From: Octopus sinensis
Lineage: Eukaryota
Length of the DNA: 64,000 nt
Reading direction: 5' to 3'
Assembly: GCF_006345805.1 (NCBI RefSeq)
Contig: NC_043016.1
Coordinates: forward strand, 1,984,001-2,048,000
The translations under genes were made by a program, and so were the position numbers. Below the pieces are notes generated by a model, which saw nothing but the letters and a program-made list of their open reading frames with translations, was not told the origin of the DNA and ran no database searches. This document shows, one piece after another, positions 37,795-50,679 of this stretch (position 1 is its first letter; each line of letters opens with the position of its first letter).

Positions 37795-40625
37795 CTTCTT
37801 TCAAATTTGCGTCCATTCTTGCCGAGTGTCTTCCCGACTCCTAGGGCAGAGAAACTCATAGTATACATTGGTAGGCCATTAAACTAAACTCACTAGTTCG
37901 TCATTTTTTAATTTTTTAAGTTAAATTAAAATACATGGGTAGTAATAGTTCTCACATCGACAATGCTCTTCTCAATACGTGTGATGTACCAGTTAAGACA
38001 ATCTTTTGCACTTCTTGCAGGGATGGTAAGCCAGGGATCATTCTCATATAATTTTCGGTTCCCTTCTTGATCATTCCTAGTGCTCCTACGATCACTGGTA
38101 TTGTAACCGCCTTGAGATGCCATATTTTCTCAATTTCAATGAGCAGGTCTTTATATTTTCTGAGCTTGTCAAACGCTTTCACCGAGATATTATGATCACA
38201 GGGGATGCTCATGTCGATCAATAAGCAAACTTTATTGTTTTTGTCTTTCACAACATTATCTGGTTTATTGGCCTTGGTGGTTCGGTCTGTATGTACTGGA
38301 AAGTCCCACAGAATGGTTACATTTTCTCCTTCAGTTACAGCTTCAGGGTGGTTATTATACCACTTGTAGGCAATTTTGATATTGCAATGCCGATTTATTA
38401 GCCAGTGTAGATATTGGCCAACTCTGTCATGTCTTAATTTATATTCCACTGGTGCTAAGACTTTACATCCAGAGATTAGGTGGTCCACTGTTTCAATCAT
38501 GTCGTTGCAGAATCGGCATTTTGGGTCTGCTCCATTTTTCCTCACATTGGCCTGGTAGTTCCGGATTAATAGGCTTTGATCTTGAGCAACCAGGATGAAA
38601 CCTTCGTTTTCTGCTTTTAGCCCTGAGCTCCGTAGCAACTGATGGGTTTGCTTCTCGTCAACATCAGCTTGTTTGCTGCGGGCCACATATTTGCCGTGCA
38701 GAGGTTTCTCCTCCCACCTATCAGCCAATTGCTCGTGCGCTTTCTTCATTGCCATCATTTTCACCTTCTTTGCAACAATAGTTGCCGTACTTCCCTCGGG
38801 TTGTTCAGTTTGGGTATCCTGCACGAGATCAATAGCAAATTTTTTGCTTTCCTTTATGATAGAATGAAGCTTCTTTCGTCTCTCGTGATTTTCCACGAGC
38901 TTAGCATCCAGTCATTCGTTATTTCAAGATATTTGGCCAGTCCAATTGTGGTTGTTTTGTAAGCTAGTTCAAATTGGATCAAGCCTCGACCTCCTTGGGC
39001 TCTGGGAAGGTAAAGGCGATCTACGTCTGCCTTTGGGTGGTGCATCCTATTACAACTCAGCAGCTTGCGTATTTTCCTATCTATATTCTTTACTTCACTC
39101 ATATTCCAGTTCAACACATTGTAGCTATAAGTAACAACTGGAACTGCTAAGGAATTTATAGCTAACACCTTGTTACGTGCATTTAGTTCAGATTTCAGGA
39201 CTGCACGAACTCTCCTATAACATTCCTTCCTGATCTTCTCTTTCATGCTTGCATGCTGAATACCAGAGCCTTCATTTATCCCTAAATATTTGTATGTTTG
39301 TTCTTGCTCAAGCTCTCTTATGACTGTGTCAACATCTAACACGACTGAATTTATGGTCTTCACTTTCCCTTTCTGGAGAGTGGTCTTGGCACACTTCTCA
39401 AGCCCAAACTCCATCCCGATGTCATCGCTGAATGCTTTCACAGTGTGCAATAGGCCTTCAAGTTCATTATTGTCTTTACCATAAAGTTTTAAGTCATCCA
39501 TATAAAATAGATGGCTTATTTTTTTATTGGCAATTTTATACCCATACCCTGTTCTGTTTAATTCACTTGTAAGGGGTATTAGGGTTATGCAGAATATTAA
39601 AGGTGAAAGTGAGTCACCTTGAAAAATTCCACAGTTGATGTTTATATTTTCTGAGGCAAGTACTCCATTAGAGTGGTATAATTGGAGATTATAGGCGGCG
39701 AAAAGTCGGCGAGCTAGCAGAATCGTTAGCACGTCGGGCGAAATGCTTAGCGGTATTTCGTCTGCCGTTACGTTGTGAGTTCAAATTCCGCCGAGGTCGA
39801 CTTTGCCTTTCATCCTTTCGGGGTCTATAAATTAAGTACCAGTTAAGCACTGGGGTCGATATAATCGACTTAATACCTATGTCTGTCCATGTTTGTCCCC
39901 TCTATGTTCAGCCCCTTGTGGGTAATAAAGAAATAGGTATAATTGGAGATTCGTATTCCACAACGACATATTGTGCTTCAGGAAGCTTGAAATCACAGGG
40001 GAAATTTTGAAGATGTCCATCGATCTCAAGATCCATGGATGCGGTATACTGTCGAAGGCCTTTTTGTAGTCAATCCATGCGGTGCTGAGATTTCTGCGCT
40101 TGTTGTGACAGTTCTCAATGATCATACGATTGATTAGCAGTTGATCTTTGCATCCGTAAGAGCCTCGGCGGCACCCTTTTTGTTCAATGGGGAAAATATC
40201 GTTCTTCTCCATGAATGCATATGTTTTCTCCGCCAGGATAGATGTTAGGATTTTATACGTGGTGGACAGACAGGTTATAGGCCGATAGTTTTTGGAAGGT
40301 TGGTTTCGTTATTCTTTGGGAGTAGGTAAGTAATGCCACTTGCTAACCATTCAGGTGTCTTCTTTGGGTCTCTCATAATTCCATTAAGCAGCTGAACTAG
40401 CTTACCGTGTGCGCATGGGAGCGATGCGAGCCAGAAATTCGGCACCCTATCTTTACCGGAGGATTTCCAATTATGGGCCTTCGTGAGTGCCTTTCTTAGG
40501 TCTGCTATTGTGATGTCTTCCCATGCTTGTTGTTGTAAATTTTGGTAGGATCCTTCTGTTTGTATAATCCAGTCTGCATTTATGTTGTACGTCTTCTTGT
40601 CATTCCAAATCCATTTCCAAAAGTT
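37795..40625 (-). mobile_element. R4/Dong-clade LINE, 5'-truncated, with RT, CCHC and restriction-like endonuclease
   Basis: EQKGCRRGSYGCKDQL, WIDYKKAFDS, GIFQGDSLSPLIFC, HLFYMDDLKLY, CRFC..ETVDHLISGC, ILWDFPVHTD..ANKPD..LIDMSIP..K..KY; ORF stop at 37952. Confidence 0.95.
39694..39937 (+). mobile_element. Full-length SINE family 2 inserted in the R4/Dong RT, with target-site duplication
   Basis: TSD ggtataattggagatt at 39675-39690 and 39936-39951. Confidence 0.93.
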
Positions 40626-40641
40626 TGAACTTCTTCCAAAG

Positions 40642-40644
<3 letters not shown>

Positions 40645-40719
<75 letters not shown>

Positions 40720-40885
40720 CATTATTATTGTTATTGTTATTATTATTATTATCATTATTATTGTTATTGTTATATTATTATCATGATCATCGTCATCATC
40801 ATCATCATCATCATTATTATTATTACTATCATTATTATTATTATAATTATCATAAGTATTATTATTATTATTATTATTATTGCTG
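40645..40885 (-). repeat. (TAA)n/(TGA)n microsatellite
   Basis: Direct inspection; abuts the truncated 5' end of the Dong element. Confidence 0.95.
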
Positions 40886-41424
40886 TTATCATGAGCTAGC
40901 GGAAACGCTACCGTACCGGACAACATGCTTAGCTGCATTTCTTCCGAGTATACATTCTGAGTACAAAATTTCCTAAAAATAAGAGTCAGTTGAACACTGA
41001 AGTCAATGTAGTCGACTATCACCCTACCCAAGAATTTCCGGCCTTGTACCCGTAGTAGAAACTATTATTGTGTCTGTGCTCGTTTCGATATTAAGATTGA
41101 AAAATACCGACTTTGTTTTAAACAATTTGGGACCTGTATCTTCACCCACTAAGCAAATTCCGTCCATGCATTTATGGATTCTGCCTGAGAATTTCGTTAA
41201 CGGTTCACGCGTTTGTGGAATACTTAACGATTTACCCGTTAATTCAAGAGCAGATAATTCGGTTGCTCGCACAATTAAATCCTCATCGACCAACGACGGA
41301 GATTCATTTCCACTTCTACGACTACTATTACTTCCACCAATTATGCGTTGTCCACTAATAATAAAGTCTTCCTGTTGAGTGTGATATTGTGTGATTCTTT
41401 TGAGAATAATGTATAAATACTTTA

Positions 41425-41822
41425 AGGCGGAGAGCTAGCAGAAACGTTAGCACGCCGGGCGAAATGCTTAGCGGTATTTCGTCTGCCGCTACGTTCTGAG
41501 TTTAAATTCCGCCGAGGTCGACTTTGCCTTTCATCCTTTCGGGGTCGATTAAATAAGTACCGGTTATGCACTGGGGTCGATATAATCAACTTAATCCGTT
41601 TGTCTGTCCTTGTTTGTCCTCTCTGTGTTTAGCCCTTTGTGGATAGTAAAGAAATAGGTATTTCGTCTGCCGCAACGTTCTGAGTTCAAATTCCGCCGAG
41701 GACGACTTTGCCTTTCATCCTTTCGGGGTTGATGAATTAAGTACCAGTTACTTACTGGCGTTGATCTAATCGACTGGCCCCTCCCTCAAAATTTCGGGCC
41801 TTGCGCCTTGAGTAGAAAAGAA
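41425..41822 (+). mobile_element. SINE family 2 dimer with two different 3' tails
   Basis: Head ggcggagagctagcagaaacgttagc, tail A ...gtaaagaaatag, then gtatttcgtctgcc and a second body with tail B ...aaaatttcgggccttgcgccttgagtagaaaag. Confidence 0.9.
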
Positions 41823-42443
41823 TATATAAAGCTGCTATTTCTAACTTAACGGACTACAGTTTAAAAGTGTTCTTCGTTGTTAAGCGAAACGCTGATGTTT
41901 GCATATAATTTCTACCATCCTACACCCCGTTGTTATACTCTCAACTGCAACTGAATAAGGGTGGAACGGGTACTGATAAGCATTATTTATTTATTTATTT
42001 ATAATAAGGAACAGCCGTACCCTGCCTTTACACACGGCATACTTTACTGTCCGACATAGCTGTGGCCATCAGGTCTTTTGTTGTCCTTTTTAGAGATCGG
42101 GCCTTGTCTTTTGCGTCGTGATTCAAATTGCAATTTTAAATATTTAGCAGATCATTATATCAGGAGCAGCAGTCCGAGCGAGTACTGCTCAACTAACGCC
42201 GTATATATATATATATATAAATACACGCACACACACACACACAAACATACATTTTTATATTTATAAGTATATGTATATATATACATGTGTGTATGTATCT
42301 GTGTATACACACGTATGGTGGTATGTGTGCGTGCGTGTCTGTGGGCGTATACAAATATAAACACGTGCGCACCCATATGCTCACTTACGCATACATTTAC
42401 GCAAGCATATCTATATGTGAAAGTGTAAGTGTATATATATATA

Positions 42444-42477
<34 letters not shown>

Positions 42478-44593
42478 CATACATACATGCATACATACAC
42501 ACATACATACATACATTACATACATACATACATACATATCCATACATACGTGTACATACATACATACATGCATACATACATACATGCATGCATACATACA
42601 TACATACATACATACATAAACAAACACCAACACGCACACGCACATATGTGGAACGTTTAGGTAATGGACGCATTTCCTATTACACATTACGTAAATCTGA
42701 AATGTACGAATTAAATAGTTTCAAAATATCATTATTTAACTTGATTCATTATTACAACAGATGTGTATGTGTGTGTGTTTGTGTGTGTGTGTGTGTCTTT
42801 GCGTCTTTGTCCTTTCACCATCGCTTGACAAGAGCTGTTGGTGTGTTTACGTCTCCGTAAGTTAGTGGTTGAGCAATAGTCCTACGGAACAAATATCGGG
42901 TTTTAAAAAAACTCGGTCTACTAAATCTTTTCAACGTTGTGTCCCAGCATGGCCGCAGTACTGACTGTAGAGGAATTCATTAGCATGCGATGTGGATGGT
43001 TGAAGTTAAGTCTGCCAGGCTTAGATTCTGCACTAGGAAAGAGACGTGCCAGTTTTGTGTTTTAGTCTAGTATTGGGGATATACGATATCTTCTCGCGGA
43101 AGCTGCTACGCTCTGGAGAGCCTGGATATAGCACGGGCCATGATTATTAATGATACTCTTATTACTTGATAGGTTAGAAATCCTGACAGAAACACCAGTG
43201 ACCTGACTTCATGTCATAGAAATCGTACTTCCTCCTACTAACTTTCATTTCTCCTTCCCTACCTCTATTTCTCCTCCCCACGCTACTTATATCCTCCCTC
43301 ACCCTGCCTCCTCTTCTTATTTTTTCTCCCCTCTGCCCTCAACCATTAAATCTCTGGCACAAACATGGGTATTGTTTGTGCCAATTTTCATTCGATGAAG
43401 AAGGCCAAAGATTTATTGTATTATATCAATGTATGGTTGTTGTATACCCAAGACATTTTGCGCATTCCAGCTGCATTCCAACCACAAATTATGAACATCT
43501 CGACTATTGCGTAAATATGAACTTCCTGAAACAGCTGTCAAGTGTTGCCCGGGTGTTAGACCTACAGGCACATTGCATTATTTGCTCCTTTCTTATGGAC
43601 AGAATCGGCACAGATATATAGTTAATGGCATAATGGAAGTTAGTTTGTTTAAAAGTGAAGTGGGGTGCAGGGTACAATTTGCATGGGTTTGCATGAAAGT
43701 GCTTTCTTTTCTTAAGAAGGATCACAAACTATGAATTGTTTCATCGTATAAAAGGAGGTTAATACGATTTTGTCCAGAAATCATGTTTTCAAAGTTTTAA
43801 TTTTCCCCCATTCCCACCACAATTTCCTAATTTGTAAGTTTTTCGAACTTTTTCTTTTCTTTTTTTTTTTTTTGTTATCTTCGTAGAAAAATGCAGAGAT
43901 TACGAATCTGGGGAATACATATATTTTATAGCTGAATTTTTCAAAGAAAATCCTCAATGCCCTTTCCCCTACCTCGAGCACCCATCTACCCGCTTTCAAA
44001 AAGCTAAAATCTCCAAATCTTTCACTTTTGTCTGATGTTTCCCATATGCGTACAATTCTACAGAAATAGTAGACTTAAAAAATACCAGACCACCACCAGA
44101 AAATTCGACATGCTCGAAACAACAGTTATACCAACTTCAAACTAATCGCAACCCACCTTACAGTAATAACAATCAACTTCTTTCATTTAAATTCAAAATG
44201 GTTTGAAGATTAGCATCACGCTTGAAACTCCAGCGTACCAACGAATTTGATTCCAAATATTTTGACCCATACATGTAACTCCCAATAAATGTGTTGAACG
44301 CCCATCTTTTCTTTGTTCCCTCACTCGTACAATTGCTCCAGTTTCTGTTGAACGCCATACGCGAACGTCGGGACAAAAGTTTGCAATGGAAAGACAACCA
44401 CTATCGTACTCGCTGAGAAATATCCAAATACCTGCAAGGAAAATCCACGCAACTATATACTTGCACATACCGTCCCTTTTAAAGTATGTGTGCGTGTGTG
44501 TCCGTCCGGATATGTTATATATGTTTTGCATGTGTGTGCGTGCGTTCGTATGTGTGTATATATGTGTGTTTGTGTGTGTGTGTGTGTGTGTGA

Positions 44594-44628
<35 letters not shown>

Positions 44629-45067
44629 TGTGTGTGTGTGTGTGTGTGAATGTGTGTGCTTAAGTGTTTGGGTGTGTGTGCGTGAGTATGTCATTTGTTT
44701 AAATAATTGTGCTTATATTCGGGAAGCGTGCCCGCAATTTGTGGTTTCAGGTTCATGAGTGGATTTGAACGTCAATATCTCCCTTTTCCTCTTTGCCATG
44801 TGTACACACATCCCCCACACACTTAAAACTCCGACCCGTATTCCGCTCTCTCTCTCTCTCCCGCTTGATTTTACATGAACATATATACTCGTAACTTTTA
44901 TCTGGTCATCGTTTCGCCTCCCATCTGTATGTGCGTGTGTGTATAAAAGATGAAACTCAAGGATGTTTCGGCCAAATATTACCTCATGCCATTTCTAAAT
45001 TAACAGTACGACATACACGCACACATACACAGACACACACACACACATATACTCAATATGTGTGTGT

Positions 45068-45103
<36 letters not shown>

Positions 45104-45183
45104 TATTGTATGTATATATATATATATATACAATATATATGTATATACATTTTTACATATATATATATACATATTGTATATAA

Positions 45184-46607
45184 ATCCTTAAATCCTTAAA
45201 AATGTTTTAGCCCATAGGCCGCGGCCATGCTGGGGCACCACCGCTGAATGAGCTACACTAATATGTGAATCAACCTCTGATACGTGGCACTTGGTCAACA
45301 AGGGAGTTCGATGCCGCTGCCCGCATCTGTGTCTCCTGTCGTGAGGTAGGTTCTTCTGGGACCTCCGACAAGAAAAGATCCAGTTTAGTTTTAAAGAAAC
45401 CCACATCCACACCGTGCAAGTCTCTCAGGCATTTAGGGGGGATGTTAAAGAGCTGTGGTCCTCTGAAACCCAAGATGTTGCAGTATCTGGTCTTTATTTT
45501 GATGGTGATGTTGGAATCTTTGGCACCATGCAGCGGCGCCCCGTTCTGCGGTTGGGGTACTTTGAATGCCAAGTTTGGGACACAAGATCCTCCAGGATTT
45601 TCCAGATGTATATCACCGCGTATCTCTCCCACCTCCGCTCTAGGGAGAAGAGGTTTAATAATACTTTCAGTCTTTCCCAGTAGCTGATTTTTGCATTGAG
45701 ACGATCTTCTTTGTGTAGCTTCTCTGAATTGCTTCGAGTTCTGCTGTTAGTTTTTATATTGTGTGGTGACCACAGTTGGGGCAGTAGTCCAAGCGGCGGA
45801 GGACGAATGTTTTCCACAAGTCCATCAGTGTCTCCTTCTCTCTTGTTCTGAAAGTTCGGAGAATCCATCCAGCTAGCCGTCTGCATTTTATCACCACCAG
45901 ATTAGTAATATGCAATGGAAAGATGCATCATTGCTCATGTCAATGCCCAGGTTACGCACTGATTTTGACTCAGGGATTGCAATTCTTCCCGGGCCAGTGT
46001 ATCCAGTCTGCATGTCGTTTACCTTTGTGTGCCGGTAGCGCAGGGTCTGGAACTTACCTGCATTAAACTGCATGTTGTTGTCCTCAGCCCACCTGTATAT
46101 TGTATCCAACTCCTGTTGCAGATGTGCAATATTTCCAGGGTTTTGTATTGTGTGGGAGACTTTTGTATCATCTGCATAGCTAGCAAGGGTGGCCATCTTA
46201 GCAACTGAGGGCATGTCTGAAAGGGCCACTATGACAGCAGTGGCCCCAAGACAGTGCCCTGTGGAACACCCGCTTTTATTTGTGTTTCCTTGGAGGTGGC
46301 TCCATTGGTCACAACTGCCTGTCTTTTGTCTTTAGGAAGTTTGTTGCAGCCACGCTCCAAGTTTCCCGCCTATGCCGAAACCACGCAGTTTGTGACAAAT
46401 CATACCGTGGTCGACTTTAAAAAAGGCTTTTTCAAAGTCGAGATATATTTCATCCACATTTGTTTTAAGACTGTCATAGTGTTGCAGGAGCTGTTTTAGG
46501 CAGCTTCTACCTGGTCGAAATCCATGCTGGGTGTCAGACAGCAAGTCATTTTCTTCAAGGAACATGATTAGTTTCTTGCGGACTATTCGTTCCATGACTT
46601 TGCTGAT
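45184..46607 (-). mobile_element. CR1-group LINE, 5'-truncated (left arm of an inverted pair)
   Basis: QHGFRPGRSC, IYLDFEKAF, YADDTK, WAEDNNMQFNAGKF, SYWERLK..FSLERR; 3' (ttaagga)n tail. Confidence 0.9.
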
Positions 46608-47736
46608 GTGTGAGGTAATATATCTCGACTTTGAAAAAGCCTTTGATAAAGTCGACCATGGTATGATCTGTCACAAACTGCGTGGTCTCGGCATAGGCGG
46701 AAAACTTGGAGAGTGGCTGCACAACTTCCTAAAAGACAGAAAACAGGCAGTTGTGACCAATGGAGCCACCTCCAAGGAAACACAAATAACAAGCGGTGTC
46801 CCACAGGGCACTGTCTTGGGGACACTGCTGTTCATAGTGGCCCTTTCGGACATGCCCTCAGTTGCTACGATGGCCACCCTTGCTAGCTATGCAGATGTCA
46901 CAAATGTCTCCCACGCAATACAACACCCTGAATTGCAAGAATTGCAATCCCTGAGTTAAAACCAGTGCGTGACCTGGCATTGACCATGAGCAATGATGCA
47001 TCTTCCAATTGCATATTGCTAATCTGGTGATAAAATGCAGACGGCTAGCTGGATGGATTCTCCAACTTTCAGAACAAGAGAGAGGAGACACTGATGGTCT
47101 TGTGGAAAAACATCGTCCTCAGCCGCTTGGACTACTGCTCCCAACTGTGGTCACCACACATATAAAACTAACAGCAGAACTCGAAGCAATTCAGAGAAGC
47201 TACACAAAGAAGATGTCTCAATGCAAAATATCAGCTACTGGGAAAGACTGAAAGTATTAAACCTCTTCTCCCTAGAGCGGAGGTGGGAGAGATACGCGGT
47301 TGATATACATCTGGAAAATCCTGGAGGGTCTTTGTCCCAAACTTTGGCATTCAAAGTTACTCCAACCGCAGAACGGGGCCGCGCCGCTGCGTGGTGCCAA
47401 GGATTCCAACAAACACCATCAAAATACAGGTCCAGATGCTGCAACAGCTTGGGTTTCGGAGGACCACAGCTCTTTAACATCCTCCTAAATGCCTGGAGCG
47501 ACTTACATGTGTGGATGTTGGGTTTCTTTAAAACTAAACTGGATCTTTTCTTGTCGGGGGTCCCAGATGAACCTACCTCACGACAGGAGACACGGATGCG
47601 GGCAGCGGCATCGAACTCCCTTTTGATCAAGTGCCACGTATCAGAGGTTGATTCACATATTAGTGTAGCTCATTCAGCGGTGGTGCCCCAGCATGGCCGC
47701 GGCCTCGGGCTAAAACCATTTTAAGGATTTAAGGAT
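46608..47736 (+). mobile_element. CR1-group LINE, 5'-truncated (right arm of an inverted pair)
   Basis: VIYLDFEKAFDKVDH, SGVPQGTVLG.LLF, YAD; ~150-bp internal deletion near 46930; same 3' tail. Confidence 0.9.
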
Positions 47737-47759
47737 ATTGTATATTATATATAATATAT

Positions 47760-47798
<39 letters not shown>

Positions 47799-47799
47799 T

Positions 47800-48115
47800 A
47801 TAGAGCGTCGAGCTTACGATCGTGAGGTTGTGAGCTCGAATCCCGGACCGGGGCTGCGTGTTGTGTTCTCGAGCAAGGCACTTATTTCACGTTGCTCCAG
47901 TTCACTCAGCTGTAGAATGAGTTGCGACGTCACTGGTGCCAAGCTGTATCGACCTTTGTCTTTCCCTTGGATAACACTGGTGGCGTGGAGAGAGGAGGCT
48001 GGTATGCATGGGCGACTGCTGGTCTTCCATAAACAAAACCTTGCCCGGACTTGTGCCTCAGAGAGTAACCTCTCTAGGTGCAATCCCATGGTCATTCATG
48101 ACGAAGGGGGTCTTT
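47800..48115 (+). mobile_element. SINE family 3
   Basis: tagagcgtcgagcttacgatcgtgaggttgtgagctcgaatcccgg head; body matches 20683-20900. Confidence 0.88.
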
Positions 48116-48145
48116 ATATATATATTACTTATTGTGTGTATATAT

Positions 48146-48189
<44 letters not shown>

Positions 48190-48471
48190 ATATAACATAT
48201 ATATATTATACAGATTGTATATATATTACATACATATTGTATATATATATACATATATTCTTTATATATACATATTGTATATATATATATATATACATAT
48301 TGTATATATATACAATATATATATAAATAGATATTCATACATATACATACATAGATACAACACATATATGTATAAATATGGAGAGGGTGTATATAAATAT
48401 ACATGATAAGCACGCTAAAGTAGTATCTATACAACCACTAACGCACCCACTAACTGGTTCACTAACATCTA

Positions 48472-48526
<55 letters not shown>

Positions 48527-49028
48527 CTTTTCTCTCTCTCTGTCTCTCTCTCTCTGTCTCTCTTCCCCTCAAACTCACTCTTCTTTCTATTCATCAAGTG
48601 TCAGACTTACATTTTCCCTCCCTAATCCCTCTTTGCTACTCCGTCCTTTACTCGATACCCCTCAGTATACTATTCACTATTCACTCACACCACCACCATC
48701 CGCTCCACTACCACATAACCCCACCCACTCTTTCTACCACCCATTTTTATTTTATTTTTAACTCCTCCCACTTTAGCTTTTGTTTCTTTCTCAAACTTCA
48801 TTCATTACCAACAAGCTACACCCTTACTAAACATTACTAGTTACTCTTCAATACTTTCCACTCTCCTTCTCTCTCTCTCCCCTACCTCCTCCCCCCCTCT
48901 CTCTCTCTTTCTCCCATTCTATTATTATCATTTTACTTTCCCTGTCATGATGATATATATGTATATATGTGCCATGTGTGTTCATATATGTATATATATA
49001 TATATATATATACATACGTACATATCAT

Positions 49029-49059
<31 letters not shown>

Positions 49060-49102
49060 TAGATATACGAACACACACATACATACATATATATATATAT
49101 AT

Positions 49103-49155
<53 letters not shown>

Positions 49156-49340
49156 TATACATATATTCTTTTATTCTTTTGCAAGTTTCAGTCAATTTGA
49201 CAGCAGCCATGCTGGAGATCGCCTTCAAGGGTTATAGGGAAGAAAATCGACCCCAAGAAGTATTTTTTGCAAGCCTATTACTTATTCTATCGTCCTTTTA
49301 GCCGAATCGTTAGGTTGCGGGAACATAAACACACCGACAC

Positions 49341-49440
49341 NNNNNNNNNNNNNNNNNNNNNNNNNNNNNNNNNNNNNNNNNNNNNNNNNNNNNNNNNNNN
49401 NNNNNNNNNNNNNNNNNNNNNNNNNNNNNNNNNNNNNNNN
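49341..49440. other. Assembly gap (100 N)
   Basis: Run of n; truncates a family 1 SINE (~49165-49340, minus). Confidence 1.
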
Positions 49441-49544
49441 TACCCATCTATCAACTTAACTTATTTGTTTACCTACTCATCCATTTACATACATTGACCT
49501 ACCTACTTACCTACCTTCCTACCTACCTACCTACTTACCTCCTT

Positions 49545-49778
49545 ACCTATTTCTTTACTACCCACAAGGGGCTAAACACAGAGAGGACAAACAAGGACAG
49601 ACAAACGGATTAAGTCGATTATATCGACCCCAGTGCGTAACTGGTACTTAATATATCGACCCCGAAAGGATGAAAGGCAAAGTCGACCTCGGCGGAATTT
49701 GAACTTGGAACGTAACGACAGACGAAATACGGCTACGCATTTCGCCCGGCGTGCTAACGTTTCTGCCAGCTCGCCGCC
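49545..49778 (-). mobile_element. Full-length SINE family 2 inserted in a (TAGG)n microsatellite
   Basis: ggcggcgagctggcagaaacg ... gtagtaaagaaatagg, flanked by (ccta)n on both sides. Confidence 0.92.
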
Positions 49779-49849
49779 TACTTACCTACCTACCTACCTA
49801 CCTACCTATCTATCTACTTATATATATATATATATATATACATAACAGC

Positions 49850-50480
49850 CTTACTAGCAAATCTACCTGTGTATGTATAAACTCTGAGTATAGGGGTATT
49901 ACTACCTTCTATGTGCATCTCCTATTTATTACGGAGGATGTTTCATTTATGAGGACGTACTCCTGTATTTGTCTGAGTGTTGGGTCCTTCGGGTAATTGG
50001 ATAAAATGTAAATGTCAAGTCGACCCAGTGTGCTTCCATGTTGGTCTTTGTCATGTTGTTAGAGCATGGAGGACATTTTACTATTGTAAAATTTTTGTTA
50101 TATAAGTATTTCAAGAATAAAATATCGTCTCTTCCGTAATAGATTGAAATGAGAAAAAAAAACAGAAATAGAATTTGGAGTAAGAAATTGAAGACAGAGA
50201 GGAACTTCCCTCGAGGTGAGAGAATCTCTGAGTGAAAGATTTTATTTCAGATATTCTCATTTTAAAAAACATCTCTGGCTAATTGCTGAGAGAATGTTCA
50301 TGTTGTCTTGGAGGAAGTTTGCGCTCACTGAGTCCTCTTGTTATTTTTATTTATTTATATACTCAATTTATTATGCGAGTAGATATAACTCATTCTGATT
50401 GTCATGTTTTGGTTGTCCTAATAACTGCAAGTACATACAGATAACTTTGTTTCGCACTAAATGTGGAGCTTGTCAATGCA
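49850..50480 (-). mobile_element. Penelope-like GIY-YIG C-terminal remnant
   Basis: SSML*QHDKDQH...ILSNYPKDPTLRQIQEYVLINETSSVINRR resembles the H..H...RQ..E..I....IN end of PLE endonucleases. Confidence 0.5.
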
Positions 50481-50634
50481 CCGTGATTTGGGATAAAACT
50501 TTAAAATAATTTAAAACATTTCTAAGCTATATAAACGATCGACTTTTTTCTCTCTCATCTTTTTATAAATATACATATTTACATACATATACATACATAC
50601 ACACATGCATACATACATAAATACATACATGCAT

Positions 50635-50675
<41 letters not shown>

Positions 50676-50679
50676 TATG

